In this document: piece by piece, positions 46,090-55,256 of the stretch | Numbering within the stretch: position 1 is the stretch's first letter | Layout: the number at the start of each line of letters is the position of its first letter | Source of the DNA: Candidatus Equadaptatus faecalis | Lineage (GTDB): Bacteria > Synergistota > Synergistia > Synergistales > Synergistaceae | Length of the DNA: 64,000 bases | Assembly (NCBI GenBank): GCA_018065065.1 | Contig: JAGHTZ010000023.1 | Location: 2,552 to 66,551, forward strand | Reading direction: 5' to 3' | Notes under the pieces: generated by a model | Told to the model about the DNA's origin: nothing | What the model saw: only the letters and a program-made list of their open reading frames with translations | Databases searched by the model: none | Translations under genes and position numbers: made by a program

Positions 46090-47852
46090 AACTGGCAAAC
46101 AAAGAGTCCTGGAGCTCTTACATACGGCTTCTGAAATACTGTGCGCCCTACAAAAAACGGCTTGTGCTTGCCATAATTTCAATGGTTCTGGCTGCTGTTT
46201 TCAGTATTCTTCCGCCGTGGCTCCTTAAAAACGTTATTGACGACGTGCTTATCAAAAAACAGATCGGCATGCTTAATCTTATCGTGCTTGCGGTCATTCT
46301 GCTTTACGTCGGCAAGGCGGTTTTCAACTACGCTCAGCTTTATCTTATGACGTGGGTAGGCCAGCGCGTGCTTATAGACCTGCGCCTTGAGCTTTACGAC
46401 CGCACGCAGAGGCTTTCTCTCGGCACCCTGTACAGTCACAGAAGCGGAGAATTTTTGTCGCGCATCACAAACGACGTTGGCACGCTTCAGAATATTCTGG
46501 CGTCTTCGCTTGTTGACCTTATAGTTCAGGGTTCGACCTTCATCGGAATTGTAGGCTTCATCTTCTATCTCAACTGGAAGCTGACGCTTATCACCTTTGC
46601 CGCCTGCCCCGTAGTGGCTTTCGCGATTGACAAAACGTCCGCAAAGCTGCGCCAGGTCGGCAAAACAATTCAGTCAAGGCTGGCGACGGTTGCCGCCATT
46701 GCCCAGGAAGCAATTTCCTCAATCAAAATAGTCCGCTCTTTCGTTACGGAAGAGGAAGAATACCGGCGTTTCAAAGAGGAATCGTACAGCCACTTCCGCG
46801 CGGTTATGAGAGGCACGCAGTACAAGGGCGTGCTGCAGGGCGCCGTTGAGGTAATTCTGATTACCGCTCTTGCCTTCGTACTCTGGATGGGCGGTTACTC
46901 TGTCATCTCAGGAGACCTTACGGCGGGCGAGCTTGTTGCCTTTGTAACCTACATCGGGCTTCTCGGTCACCCGCTTCAGGCGCTCAGCAATTCCTTCAGC
47001 AGCATACAGCAGGGCGCCGCATCGGCTGACAGGGTTTTTGAGATAATAGATATGGACAACGAGGTTGAAATCGCGGAAAATCCCGTTACGCTTTCACCCA
47101 TGCACGGCAGCATAAAGTTTGAAAACGTGTGGTTCGGCTACGATGCGGAAAATCCTGTGCTGAAGGGCATAAATCTTGAAATTAAAGCGGGCGAAACGGT
47201 GGCGGTAGTCGGGGCTACGGGCGCCGGAAAATCTACGCTCGGCGACCTAGTAATGCGTTTTTATGACCCGCAGCAGGGCGCGATTTACATAGACGGAACA
47301 GATCTCAGACAGCTTGATTTGAAAAGCTACCGCCGCAGAACAGGCGTTGTACAGCAGGATCCTGTGCTTATGAAGGGCACTCTCGCTCACAACATAGCCT
47401 ACGGCTTCCCTGCGGCGACGCAGGACGACCTTGTCCGCGCCGCGAAAATTGCTGACATTTACGATTTTATCGACGCTCTGCCGGAGAAATTTGAAACAGA
47501 GGTCGGAGAACGCGGCGTAACGCTTTCAGGCGGACAAAGGCAGCGCGTTGCAATAGCCCGCGCAGTTGTCAGGGATCCGAAGATACTTATTATGGATGAA
47601 GCAACGTCGTCGCTTGACGCTCTCGTTGAAAAACAGGTGCAGCAGGCAATGAACAACGCAATGGAAGGGCGCACCTCGATAGTTATCGCGCACAGGCTTT
47701 CGACAATACGCAGCGCCGACAGGATTATCGTTCTCAGCGGCGGCAAAATTGTCGAGCAGGGCACCCACGACGAACTGCTTGCCGCAAACGGGCATTACAG
47801 CAAACTTTACGCGGCAAGCAGCGCGGAAGGAACTGAAACATGTCAAGAATAG
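46083..47852 (+). CDS. msbA: Lipid A export ABC transporter permease/ATPase (MsbA-like)
   Basis: Six TM segments precede the NBD. The NBD motifs are GATGAGKST, LSGGQRQRVAIARA and ILIMDEATSSLD. Confidence 0.8.
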   Translation: MLKLANKESWSSYIRLLKYCAPYKKRLVLAIISMVLAAVFSILPPWLLKNVIDDVLIKKQIGMLNLIVLAVILLYVGKAVFNYAQLYLMTWVGQRVLIDLRLELYDRTQRLSLGTLYSHRSGEFLSRITNDVGTLQNILASSLVDLIVQGSTFIGIVGFIFYLNWKLTLITFAACPVVAFAIDKTSAKLRQVGKTIQSRLATVAAIAQEAISSIKIVRSFVTEEEEYRRFKEESYSHFRAVMRGTQYKGVLQGAVEVILITALAFVLWMGGYSVISGDLTAGELVAFVTYIGLLGHPLQALSNSFSSIQQGAASADRVFEIIDMDNEVEIAENPVTLSPMHGSIKFENVWFGYDAENPVLKGINLEIKAGETVAVVGATGAGKSTLGDLVMRFYDPQQGAIYIDGTDLRQLDLKSYRRRTGVVQQDPVLMKGTLAHNIAYGFPAATQDDLVRAAKIADIYDFIDALPEKFETEVGERGVTLSGGQRQRVAIARAVVRDPKILIMDEATSSLDALVEKQVQQAMNNAMEGRTSIVIAHRLSTIRSADRIIVLSGGKIVEQGTHDELLAANGHYSKLYAASSAEGTETCQE

Positions 47853-50119
47853 TACGGAGTTATTTAAGCTACACGAGAGGAGAATCGCCGGCGTCGCCAT
47901 GGAATCTGCTTTATCCGACGCAGTTTGTGACGCGTGCCTGGATGAGGCTGCGCATTTTCCTTTTCGAACGCGGAATTTTTACGACCGTTGAGCCGAAGCT
48001 TCCAGTTGTCAGCATTGGAAACAACTCGTTCGGCGGCACCAACAAAACCCCGATGTGCGAGTATATTGTCCGTATGTTCCACGAAGCCGGAATAAACGCC
48101 GGTCTTGTCAGCCGCGGCTACAAAACAAAGCATCCGGAACCGATATGGATAGGGCAGGACGAAGACAGCTTCCGCAGGGATATAGCGGGTGACGAGCCTC
48201 TTATGCTTGCAAAGCGCCTGCCCGGAGTCAGCATTGTTGTTGCCAAGAACCGTGTAAAGGGCGTTGAACTGCTGTCAGATTTAGGTGCGGAAATTGCCGT
48301 TACGGACGATACTTTCCAGCACAGACGCATGGCACGCGACGTTGACGTGGTGCTTGTTGACGGCACCTGTCCGTTCGGCAACGGCCGGGTAATTCCCGCA
48401 GGGCTGATGCGCGAGCCCAAAACCGCGTTCGGCAGGGCAGACATGGTTGTAATAACAAAAGCTAACCAGATTACGGAAGAATCGGTGCGCAATACAAGGA
48501 CAGAACTTGAAAAATACGTTTCGCCTGAGAAAATTTTTGTGGCGGAAATAAATTACGATTCCTGGCTTGTGTATGAAAACGGCAGCGAGCCTGTTACGAA
48601 GCCGATAATTGAAAAACCGAAAGGAAGCTACGTCGTGTTTTCCGCGATAGGCAATCCTGAGGGTTTCTACCGCTACGTCGCGGGACGCGGAATAACTGTT
48701 GCCGCCGAACGCACCTATCAGGACCACCACGAATTTACGGCAGAGGACGTTGACAAACTTAACGACCTTGCAGAGAGGCTTGGAGCTTCAGGCTTTATCT
48801 GCACCGAGAAAGACACTATGAATCTGCCGAAGGACGCAAAGCTCAAGCTTCCGGTGTACGTGCTGCGGATTTCCGTAGTAATGCCGGAAAAGGAACGTTT
48901 CCGCGAAATGCTTTGCGAAAAGCTGAGACCGCATCTTATGGTGGCTTCAAATGGCTACGGCGAAGACGCAATAGGAGTAATTCTGGCGAAAAAGATGCGC
49001 GAGCGCTTTAAGTCCGCGGCAATCTCGGCGTTTGCCTTTGTAGGCTCCGGAAAGCATTACGAAAAAGAGGGAATAGAGGTTGTTTCCCCGTCTGTGGAAA
49101 TGCCGAGCGGAGGCATTGTAAAGTACAACGTAGGCGAGCTTGTCAACGATTTCAGACACGGGCTTGGCACGTCAATTAAACGCCAAATAGCGACGATGAG
49201 AAAAATAGGTAAAGATTACCGCACGCCGGTGTGTGTCGGCGACGTCTATCTTTTCTCCAACGTTCTCTGGGGGCAGGGTGTAAGCCCCGTGCTGCTTGCA
49301 ACGGCAAAATCGGTGCATCTCAGCGGACATTACAGGGTTGAACGCTTCCTGCTCAGAAAACGCAGCAGACGAGTCTGGACAAGAGATGCCGAAACGGCGC
49401 AGGAACTGACTGCCGACGGTGTCAGCGCGGAATTCTGCGGAAATCCTGTCATGGACCTTATCAACGACAGCGACAAAGGCGTTGAATGGAAGGACGACAA
49501 ATCAGCGAGAGTTGTGCTGCTTCCCGGCAGCAGACCGCGCGCCTACAACGACATAAGTCTTGTCATAGAGGCGGCGAGGGAGCTTTCAAAGCGTGTTCAG
49601 TGCCAGTTTGTAATGGTTCCCGCGCCTACAACCAACTGGACAAAAATGGCAGGAAGCCTTGAAGGCTGGACGCTTTCGGCGGACGGAACAGAGCTTTCCT
49701 GCAAAGAAACCTCGATATATATCCACACGCACGGTCAGGTAACAGCCGCCGCGACCGGAGCTGACCTGCTCATAGGGCTCGGAGGTACTGCAAACCAGCT
49801 TTGCGCAGGGCTTGGACTTCCTGTCGTTTCAATAATGGAAACAGGAAAGCTGCGTCAGAAAAAACTGCTTCAGGAAGCGGAAGTGCTTGTTGACGCAAAT
49901 CCTGCCGCTCTTGCCGACGCCGCGCAGAAAATACTTGAAGACCCTGAGCTGTGGAAATCCATGAGCGAAGCCGGAATAAGACATCTCGGCGGACAGGGTG
50001 CGCTTGACAGCGTTGTGCAGTACTGTGCTTCGGAACTTGGCTGGGACAATCGCTGCTCAGTCTACGAAAAATTCAGAAATTACATTGACGCGTCATCTGA
50101 AACTGGAAGGGGCGAATAA
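47840..50119 (+). CDS. lpxK: Fusion protein: tetraacyldisaccharide 4-prime-kinase LpxK (N-terminal) plus an LpxB-related GT-B-like domain (C-terminal)
   Basis: The N-terminal ~340 aa carry VVSIGNNSFGGTNKTP (P-loop), GLVSRGY and GDEPLML. The C-terminal ~400 aa begin VASNGYGEDAIGVILAKKM, like the family annotated as lipid-A-disaccharide synthase-related protein. Confidence 0.75.
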   Translation: MSRIVRSYLSYTRGESPASPWNLLYPTQFVTRAWMRLRIFLFERGIFTTVEPKLPVVSIGNNSFGGTNKTPMCEYIVRMFHEAGINAGLVSRGYKTKHPEPIWIGQDEDSFRRDIAGDEPLMLAKRLPGVSIVVAKNRVKGVELLSDLGAEIAVTDDTFQHRRMARDVDVVLVDGTCPFGNGRVIPAGLMREPKTAFGRADMVVITKANQITEESVRNTRTELEKYVSPEKIFVAEINYDSWLVYENGSEPVTKPIIEKPKGSYVVFSAIGNPEGFYRYVAGRGITVAAERTYQDHHEFTAEDVDKLNDLAERLGASGFICTEKDTMNLPKDAKLKLPVYVLRISVVMPEKERFREMLCEKLRPHLMVASNGYGEDAIGVILAKKMRERFKSAAISAFAFVGSGKHYEKEGIEVVSPSVEMPSGGIVKYNVGELVNDFRHGLGTSIKRQIATMRKIGKDYRTPVCVGDVYLFSNVLWGQGVSPVLLATAKSVHLSGHYRVERFLLRKRSRRVWTRDAETAQELTADGVSAEFCGNPVMDLINDSDKGVEWKDDKSARVVLLPGSRPRAYNDISLVIEAARELSKRVQCQFVMVPAPTTNWTKMAGSLEGWTLSADGTELSCKETSIYIHTHGQVTAAATGADLLIGLGGTANQLCAGLGLPVVSIMETGKLRQKKLLQEAEVLVDANPAALADAAQKILEDPELWKSMSEAGIRHLGGQGALDSVVQYCASELGWDNRCSVYEKFRNYIDASSETGRGE

Positions 50120-50121
50120 AA

Positions 50122-50979
50122 TTGACGGAAATTAGGAAAATTAACGCCGGAAACGTTGAAATCGGAAACGGAAAGCTTGCGGTTCTTGCAGGTCCATGTG
50201 CGCTTGAAAGCCTTGAACTGGGACTTGAGATCGGCGCCGAAATGAAACGGCTCTGCGAAAAATACGGCTTCGGCTACGTATTCAAGGCCTCTTTTGACAA
50301 GGCAAACCGCACGTCGATAAAAAGCTACAGGGGCCCGGGGCTTTCCAAAGGTCTTGAACAGCTTGCCGAAATAAAGGAAAAGCTTTGTGTTCCCGTTGTA
50401 ACCGACATACATGAGCCCTGGCAGGCGATGCCGGCTGCCGAAGTCGCGGATCTGCTTCAGATACCAGCCTTTCTCTGCAGGCAGACAGACCTGCTTGTCT
50501 CTGCCGCAAAAACAGGCAGAGCGCTGAATATAAAAAAGGCGCAGTTCATGGCTCCCGAAGACATGAAATCCGTTGCGGAAAAATGCCGTGAGTCGGGAAA
50601 CGCTGACGTAATGCTCTGCGAACGCGGTACTGAGTTCGGCTATCATGAGCTTTCCGTTGACATGCGTTCGCTTGCCGTTATGAGAAGCTTCGGCTGCCCG
50701 GTCTGCTTCGACGCAACGCACAGCGTTCAGAAACCAGGCGGAAGCGGAAATTCGAGCGGTGGGGACAGGCGCTTTGTCCTACCGCTGATACGCGCTGCCC
50801 TAGCGATAGGCATAGACGCGCTGTTTGCGGAAGTGCATCCTGACCCCGCAAACGCCAAAAGCGACGGACCAAACATGATTCCTCTTGAAAAAATGGATTT
50901 TGTACTGTCGCAGATAAAAGAATTTGATTCAGCAGCGCGCAGGACAGGTTTTGCGCAGCTGGACTGGGCGGAGGTGTAA
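50122..50979 (+). CDS. kdsA: 3-deoxy-8-phosphooctulonate synthase
   Basis: LAGPCALES, KASFDKANRTS and FDATHSVQ are present. The start is TTG. Confidence 0.9.
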   Translation: MTEIRKINAGNVEIGNGKLAVLAGPCALESLELGLEIGAEMKRLCEKYGFGYVFKASFDKANRTSIKSYRGPGLSKGLEQLAEIKEKLCVPVVTDIHEPWQAMPAAEVADLLQIPAFLCRQTDLLVSAAKTGRALNIKKAQFMAPEDMKSVAEKCRESGNADVMLCERGTEFGYHELSVDMRSLAVMRSFGCPVCFDATHSVQKPGGSGNSSGGDRRFVLPLIRAALAIGIDALFAEVHPDPANAKSDGPNMIPLEKMDFVLSQIKEFDSAARRTGFAQLDWAEV

Positions 50980-50982
50980 AAA

Positions 50983-51990
50983 ATGAGTCTTCCGTACGAA
51001 CGCAAAGAGAAAAATCTGCCTGACTCTCTGCTGCTTGCCACCGCAAAAGGCATTCTTGCCAAGGAAGCGGAAGAGCTGGAGAAAGCGGCGGAAAAAATAG
51101 ACGCAGACGTTGTTGAAGCGGCGCGCGTAATCAGTCGCTGCAAAGGCAGACTTGTAGTGTCAGGGCTTGGAAAATCGGGACATGTTGGCAGAAAAACGGC
51201 AGCAACCTTTGCATCTCTCGGTGTTCCTGCATTCTTCCTGCACTCTGCGGAAGCGTGGCACGGCGATTTGGGCATGGTCTGCCGCGAAGACGTAGGCTAT
51301 TTCATAAGCAACAGCGGCGAAACAAAAGAGCTCATAGACCTTCTGCCGCACTTCAAACGCATAGGAGCTCCTGTCATAGCGGTTACCGGCAATCCTGAAT
51401 CCACACTTGCAAAAGACGCTGATTTCCTTCTCAACACTCACGTTGAAGCTGAAGCAGACCCTCTCGGGCTTGCGCCTACAAGCAGCACAACGCTGCAAAT
51501 GGCAATGGGGGATGCGGTTGCCGGAATGACGACGCTTCTGCTCGGACTTGAAAAGGAAGATTTCGCGCGTTTCCATCCTGGCGGTTCTCTCGGGAAGAAA
51601 CTGCTGCTCCGTGTCGGCAATCTTATGGCGAAAGACGCGGAACTTCCGGTAGTCAGCGAGAGCGCTCTTGTTTCGGACGCTCTGTTTGAAATCACGAGCA
51701 AAGGCTTCGGCGCGACAGCCGTTGTTGACAAAAACGGCGTTACGGAAGGTATTTTTACGGACGGCGACCTACGCCGCCTAATGGAGAAAAAGGGCGACGG
51801 AGCGCTGAAATGCTCCGTTACCGAAGGCATGACAAGAAATCCCAAGGTTGTGCGCGAAAATGACCACGTTACCGCAGCTCTCAACCTTGTTGAAAAATTT
51901 GAAATTTCGGCGCTGCTTGTGGTGAACGACGAAAACAAACCTGTCGGCATGCTTCACGTGCACGACATTCTGAAAGCAGGGGTGGCGTAA
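50983..51990 (+). CDS. kdsD: Arabinose-5-phosphate isomerase (KpsF/GutQ family)
   Basis: A SIS domain (VSGLGKSGHVGRK) is followed by tandem CBS domains. Confidence 0.9.
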   Translation: MSLPYERKEKNLPDSLLLATAKGILAKEAEELEKAAEKIDADVVEAARVISRCKGRLVVSGLGKSGHVGRKTAATFASLGVPAFFLHSAEAWHGDLGMVCREDVGYFISNSGETKELIDLLPHFKRIGAPVIAVTGNPESTLAKDADFLLNTHVEAEADPLGLAPTSSTTLQMAMGDAVAGMTTLLLGLEKEDFARFHPGGSLGKKLLLRVGNLMAKDAELPVVSESALVSDALFEITSKGFGATAVVDKNGVTEGIFTDGDLRRLMEKKGDGALKCSVTEGMTRNPKVVRENDHVTAALNLVEKFEISALLVVNDENKPVGMLHVHDILKAGVA

Positions 51991-52092
51991 ACGTCTCTTC
52001 TCAAAACGATATACGGGCCTCTTGCAGACCTTGTATTCCGTATAACGCTGAAAAAAAACAGCCGCCGGTACACTGAAGGCATTGACGAAAGA

Positions 52093-53259
52093 ATGGGAAT
52101 GCCGCAGGCGGAAAAGTTGTCCGTGCTTAAAGGACGGCCGCTTTGGATACACGCGGTGTCTGTCGGCGAAGTGCAGGCGGCTTCGGCGCTTATCAAAGAG
52201 ATCAGGACGCGCGGCTTCAGCCGTCAGATAGTGCTCTCCACAACCACGGAAACGGGAAAGGCAATGGCGATGCGCCTTTCGGAAGGTCTTTTTGACCTTC
52301 ACGTCTATTATCCGTGGGACAACAGAAAATACATACGTTCGGCGCTTGACAGGATAAACCCTGCGGCGTTCATTGTGCTTGAAACCGAAATATGGCCGAA
52401 CATGCTTTGGGAGCTGCAGGCGAGAAAGATACCGGCGTTTCTCGCAAACGGCAGAATATCGGAAAGAACCTGGAAAAATATACAAAAATATCCCGTTGCG
52501 AAAAAACTTTTCAGTGAGCTGTTCGGCATCTTTGACGGAATATTCCTCAGGGAGCAGCTGGATTTTGACAGACTGCGCGCGCTCGGCATATCCGAAGAAA
52601 AAATAAAAGTCACCGGCGACCTGAAAATCGACGCCCTGCTGAACAGAATTCAGCCCGAGGCAAAAGAAAAGTGGCAGACGTTGCTTCACGCGGAAAAAGG
52701 GCAGCTTTACGTTGCTGGCAGCACACACACCGGTGAAGACGAAATCGTTGTGTCCGCGTTTGAAAAGCTTAAGGAAACGTCGCCGAATGCAAGGCTTATC
52801 CTTGCCCCGCGTCATCCCGAACGCGCGGAAGCGCTCTGCACGCAGTTTAAGAACAGCTTCAAAATCTGCAGACTCTCGGAGCTGACGGAAGATTTTGAAA
52901 TAGTTGTAATAGACAAAATAGGCGTACTTTTCGAGTTTTACGGCGTTTCCGAAGCGGCATTCATAGGCGGCAGCTTTACGGACAACGGCGGACAAAACAT
53001 ACTGGAGCCTGTTGCCTGGGGAACTCCGGTGCAGTACGGACCTCACATGGAAGACTTTGCGGAGGCGTCGCAGGAATTTCTGTCGCGCGGAATCTCATCT
53101 CAGCTGAACAGCGCGGAAGAGCTTGCTGAAACGTGGTGCGCAATAGCGGAAGGAAAAACAGATGTTGAAGCGGTGCGTGGGCAATGCAGGCAATACTTTG
53201 CCGAAAAGGCGGGCGCTGCCTGCAAAATATGCGACGCTGCTGCCAAAAGCATGGAATAA
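52093..53259 (+). CDS. waaA: 3-deoxy-D-manno-octulosonic acid transferase
   Basis: LWIHAVSVGE and AGSTHTGEDE are present. Family-like sequence continues in frame upstream to 51991 with no canonical start codon (see findings). Confidence 0.8.
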   Translation: MGMPQAEKLSVLKGRPLWIHAVSVGEVQAASALIKEIRTRGFSRQIVLSTTTETGKAMAMRLSEGLFDLHVYYPWDNRKYIRSALDRINPAAFIVLETEIWPNMLWELQARKIPAFLANGRISERTWKNIQKYPVAKKLFSELFGIFDGIFLREQLDFDRLRALGISEEKIKVTGDLKIDALLNRIQPEAKEKWQTLLHAEKGQLYVAGSTHTGEDEIVVSAFEKLKETSPNARLILAPRHPERAEALCTQFKNSFKICRLSELTEDFEIVVIDKIGVLFEFYGVSEAAFIGGSFTDNGGQNILEPVAWGTPVQYGPHMEDFAEASQEFLSRGISSQLNSAEELAETWCAIAEGKTDVEAVRGQCRQYFAEKAGAACKICDAAAKSME

Positions 53260-53290
53260 AAGGGCAAAAAACAGCAGGGAGGCTGCATTT

Positions 53291-54511
53291 ATGAACATAA
53301 ACAGGGAACTCATCGGAAAATTTTACGACGAACTTGACGAACGTTCAAAAGAAACGCTCGACGCTTCCGTAAAAAAAGCAGTTGAAGCAAAAAAACGCGG
53401 CGGCAAAATCGCAGTCGTAACAGGTTCAGGCCCCAATCTTCACGAAGGCGTCACAACGCTTGTCGCCGAACTCATCAGCAAAGGCATAGTTGACGGCGTA
53501 ACCACAAGCTCTGCCGTTATCAACCATGAGATGGGCGGAGTGCTTGACAGAGTCAAAATGTGCGGCGCTGCCCAGCTCGGCTTTGACGAAAAAGTCATGC
53601 CGCGGGGCAACGTATTTGAATTTACCGACATGACTGACGAACAGCTTGACGAACTCGGAAAAGAAATGCTGCTTGACCGTGAACTGCTTGCAAAACGGCA
53701 TGACGCGGAAGGTCATTTCGTAACGAAAGCAGCGGCAAACATGGCGTATCCGATGGGACTTCGCACGGAAATGCTTGCGGAAGAAATCCATTCGCTCTGC
53801 CGCCAGTGCGGACTTCCTTTTGAACAGGTGGCAGGCTGGGGCTGCGACAAACGCACGATGCTCGGTGCAGGTGCCGAAAACAACGTTCCCGTGCTTGTCA
53901 CAATACCGCAGCTTGTAGGCGGAGGACACGTAGGAATGGCAGTCGGCGACAGTATTCCCGTTGCCGAACGCTCGCGTCGCATAGCCTCAATGCTTCGCGA
54001 CTCCGACATCATAATCGAATCCGCAGTTGCTTTAACGCAGGAAATCCACGATGGTCCCTTTGAAACCTATACGGGACACGGGATATGGAGCTGGTGGCAG
54101 AAGGAATCTGTCTACAGCCTGCGTGAAAAAACGCTCATCCGTTTCGATCTCGACGAAAATCTGCGCAAAGCACAGGATCTGCAGAAAAACAGCGCGATGA
54201 TACAGGAAGCGATAAGCAAAGGACTTCCTAAAACAAAAATATCCAAAATACCGTTCCGCATGGAAATGTCTGCTTTTGCGCGACACGAGGGGAGTCTTCC
54301 GGTAATCGGCGACATTGGAATGATATGGCCGGTATTTGCGCTCAAGGTTGCCGATGAACTCGGCATAACGCTTGACTTCATGAGCTATAAACAGGAAACG
54401 GAAGACGGCAAAGCAATGCGTGAATGGATAGTTGAAAACGTCAGACCGCTTGACCGTAACAAAATGCTCGAAAAGTTCTCAAAATGGAAAGGAAAAGTAA
54501 GCAATGCCTAA
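53291..54511 (+). CDS. Hypothetical protein with deoxyhypusine-synthase-like N-terminal pattern
   Basis: KIAVVTGSGPNLHEGVTTLVAELISKGIVDGVTTSSAVINHEMGG resembles the DHS-family motif (SG...G....i..Li..g.vD.ivTT.a). A GGGAGG RBS precedes ATG 53291. The similarity is weak. Confidence 0.35.
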   Translation: MNINRELIGKFYDELDERSKETLDASVKKAVEAKKRGGKIAVVTGSGPNLHEGVTTLVAELISKGIVDGVTTSSAVINHEMGGVLDRVKMCGAAQLGFDEKVMPRGNVFEFTDMTDEQLDELGKEMLLDRELLAKRHDAEGHFVTKAAANMAYPMGLRTEMLAEEIHSLCRQCGLPFEQVAGWGCDKRTMLGAGAENNVPVLVTIPQLVGGGHVGMAVGDSIPVAERSRRIASMLRDSDIIIESAVALTQEIHDGPFETYTGHGIWSWWQKESVYSLREKTLIRFDLDENLRKAQDLQKNSAMIQEAISKGLPKTKISKIPFRMEMSAFARHEGSLPVIGDIGMIWPVFALKVADELGITLDFMSYKQETEDGKAMREWIVENVRPLDRNKMLEKFSKWKGKVSNA

Positions 54512-55238
54512 ATTTCTCGGAATAATTCCGGCGCGTTACGCGTCGTCAAGACTGCCCGGCAAACCTCTGGCGGACATAAACGGAAAAACGATGCTTGAAC
54601 ATGTGTACCGCCGTGCCCTGATATCAGACGTTTTCTTTCGTATAATAATTGCCACCGACGACAAACGCATATACGAAGCGGCTGAAAAATTCGGTGCGGA
54701 AGCCGCAATGACGCGCGAAGACCATCCGAACGGCACCAGCCGCGCGGCGGAAATAGCCTCGGCGATAGACACCGACTACGTAATCAACATTCAGGGAGAC
54801 GAACCTATGCTTGACCCCCGTCTTCTTCGCGAGCTTGCCGACGGCATAGCTGCTGACGAAAGCGCAGACTCTGCTACTGCCTGCATGGAAATTACGGACG
54901 AAGAAGACATAAACAACCCGAACATCGTAAAGGTTGCCCGTGCGCTCAACGGCAGGGCGCTCTACTTCAGCCGCTCGCCGCTGCCCTACAGGCGCGAAGC
55001 AACAGGCTGCAAAATATACGAACACATAGGAATCTACGCCTACAAGAAAGACTTTCTGATGAAACTCATAACGCTGCCCGACACACCTCTGCAGCAGACG
55101 GAAAGCCTTGAACAGCTCAAAATACTTGAACACGGTTACTCTATGGCTGTAATACCTACCAAATACCCGTCTGAAGGTCCCAACATCAACACCCCGGAAG
55201 ACCTTGAGCTTGTAAGGAAAATACTTGCAGGCAAATAA
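54504..55238 (+). CDS. kdsB: 3-deoxy-manno-octulosonate cytidylyltransferase
   Basis: GIIPARYASSRLPGKPLADINGKTML and VINIQGDEPML are present. Confidence 0.9.
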   Translation: MPKFLGIIPARYASSRLPGKPLADINGKTMLEHVYRRALISDVFFRIIIATDDKRIYEAAEKFGAEAAMTREDHPNGTSRAAEIASAIDTDYVINIQGDEPMLDPRLLRELADGIAADESADSATACMEITDEEDINNPNIVKVARALNGRALYFSRSPLPYRREATGCKIYEHIGIYAYKKDFLMKLITLPDTPLQQTESLEQLKILEHGYSMAVIPTKYPSEGPNINTPEDLELVRKILAGK

Positions 55239-55256
55239 GGCGTACTGCAGCGGCAG

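Noticed and set aside
51778-53046. 422-aa minus-strand ORF
   Set aside because: It is antisense to kdsD and waaA, which have clear family motifs. It has no recognisable domain and is a shadow ORF.
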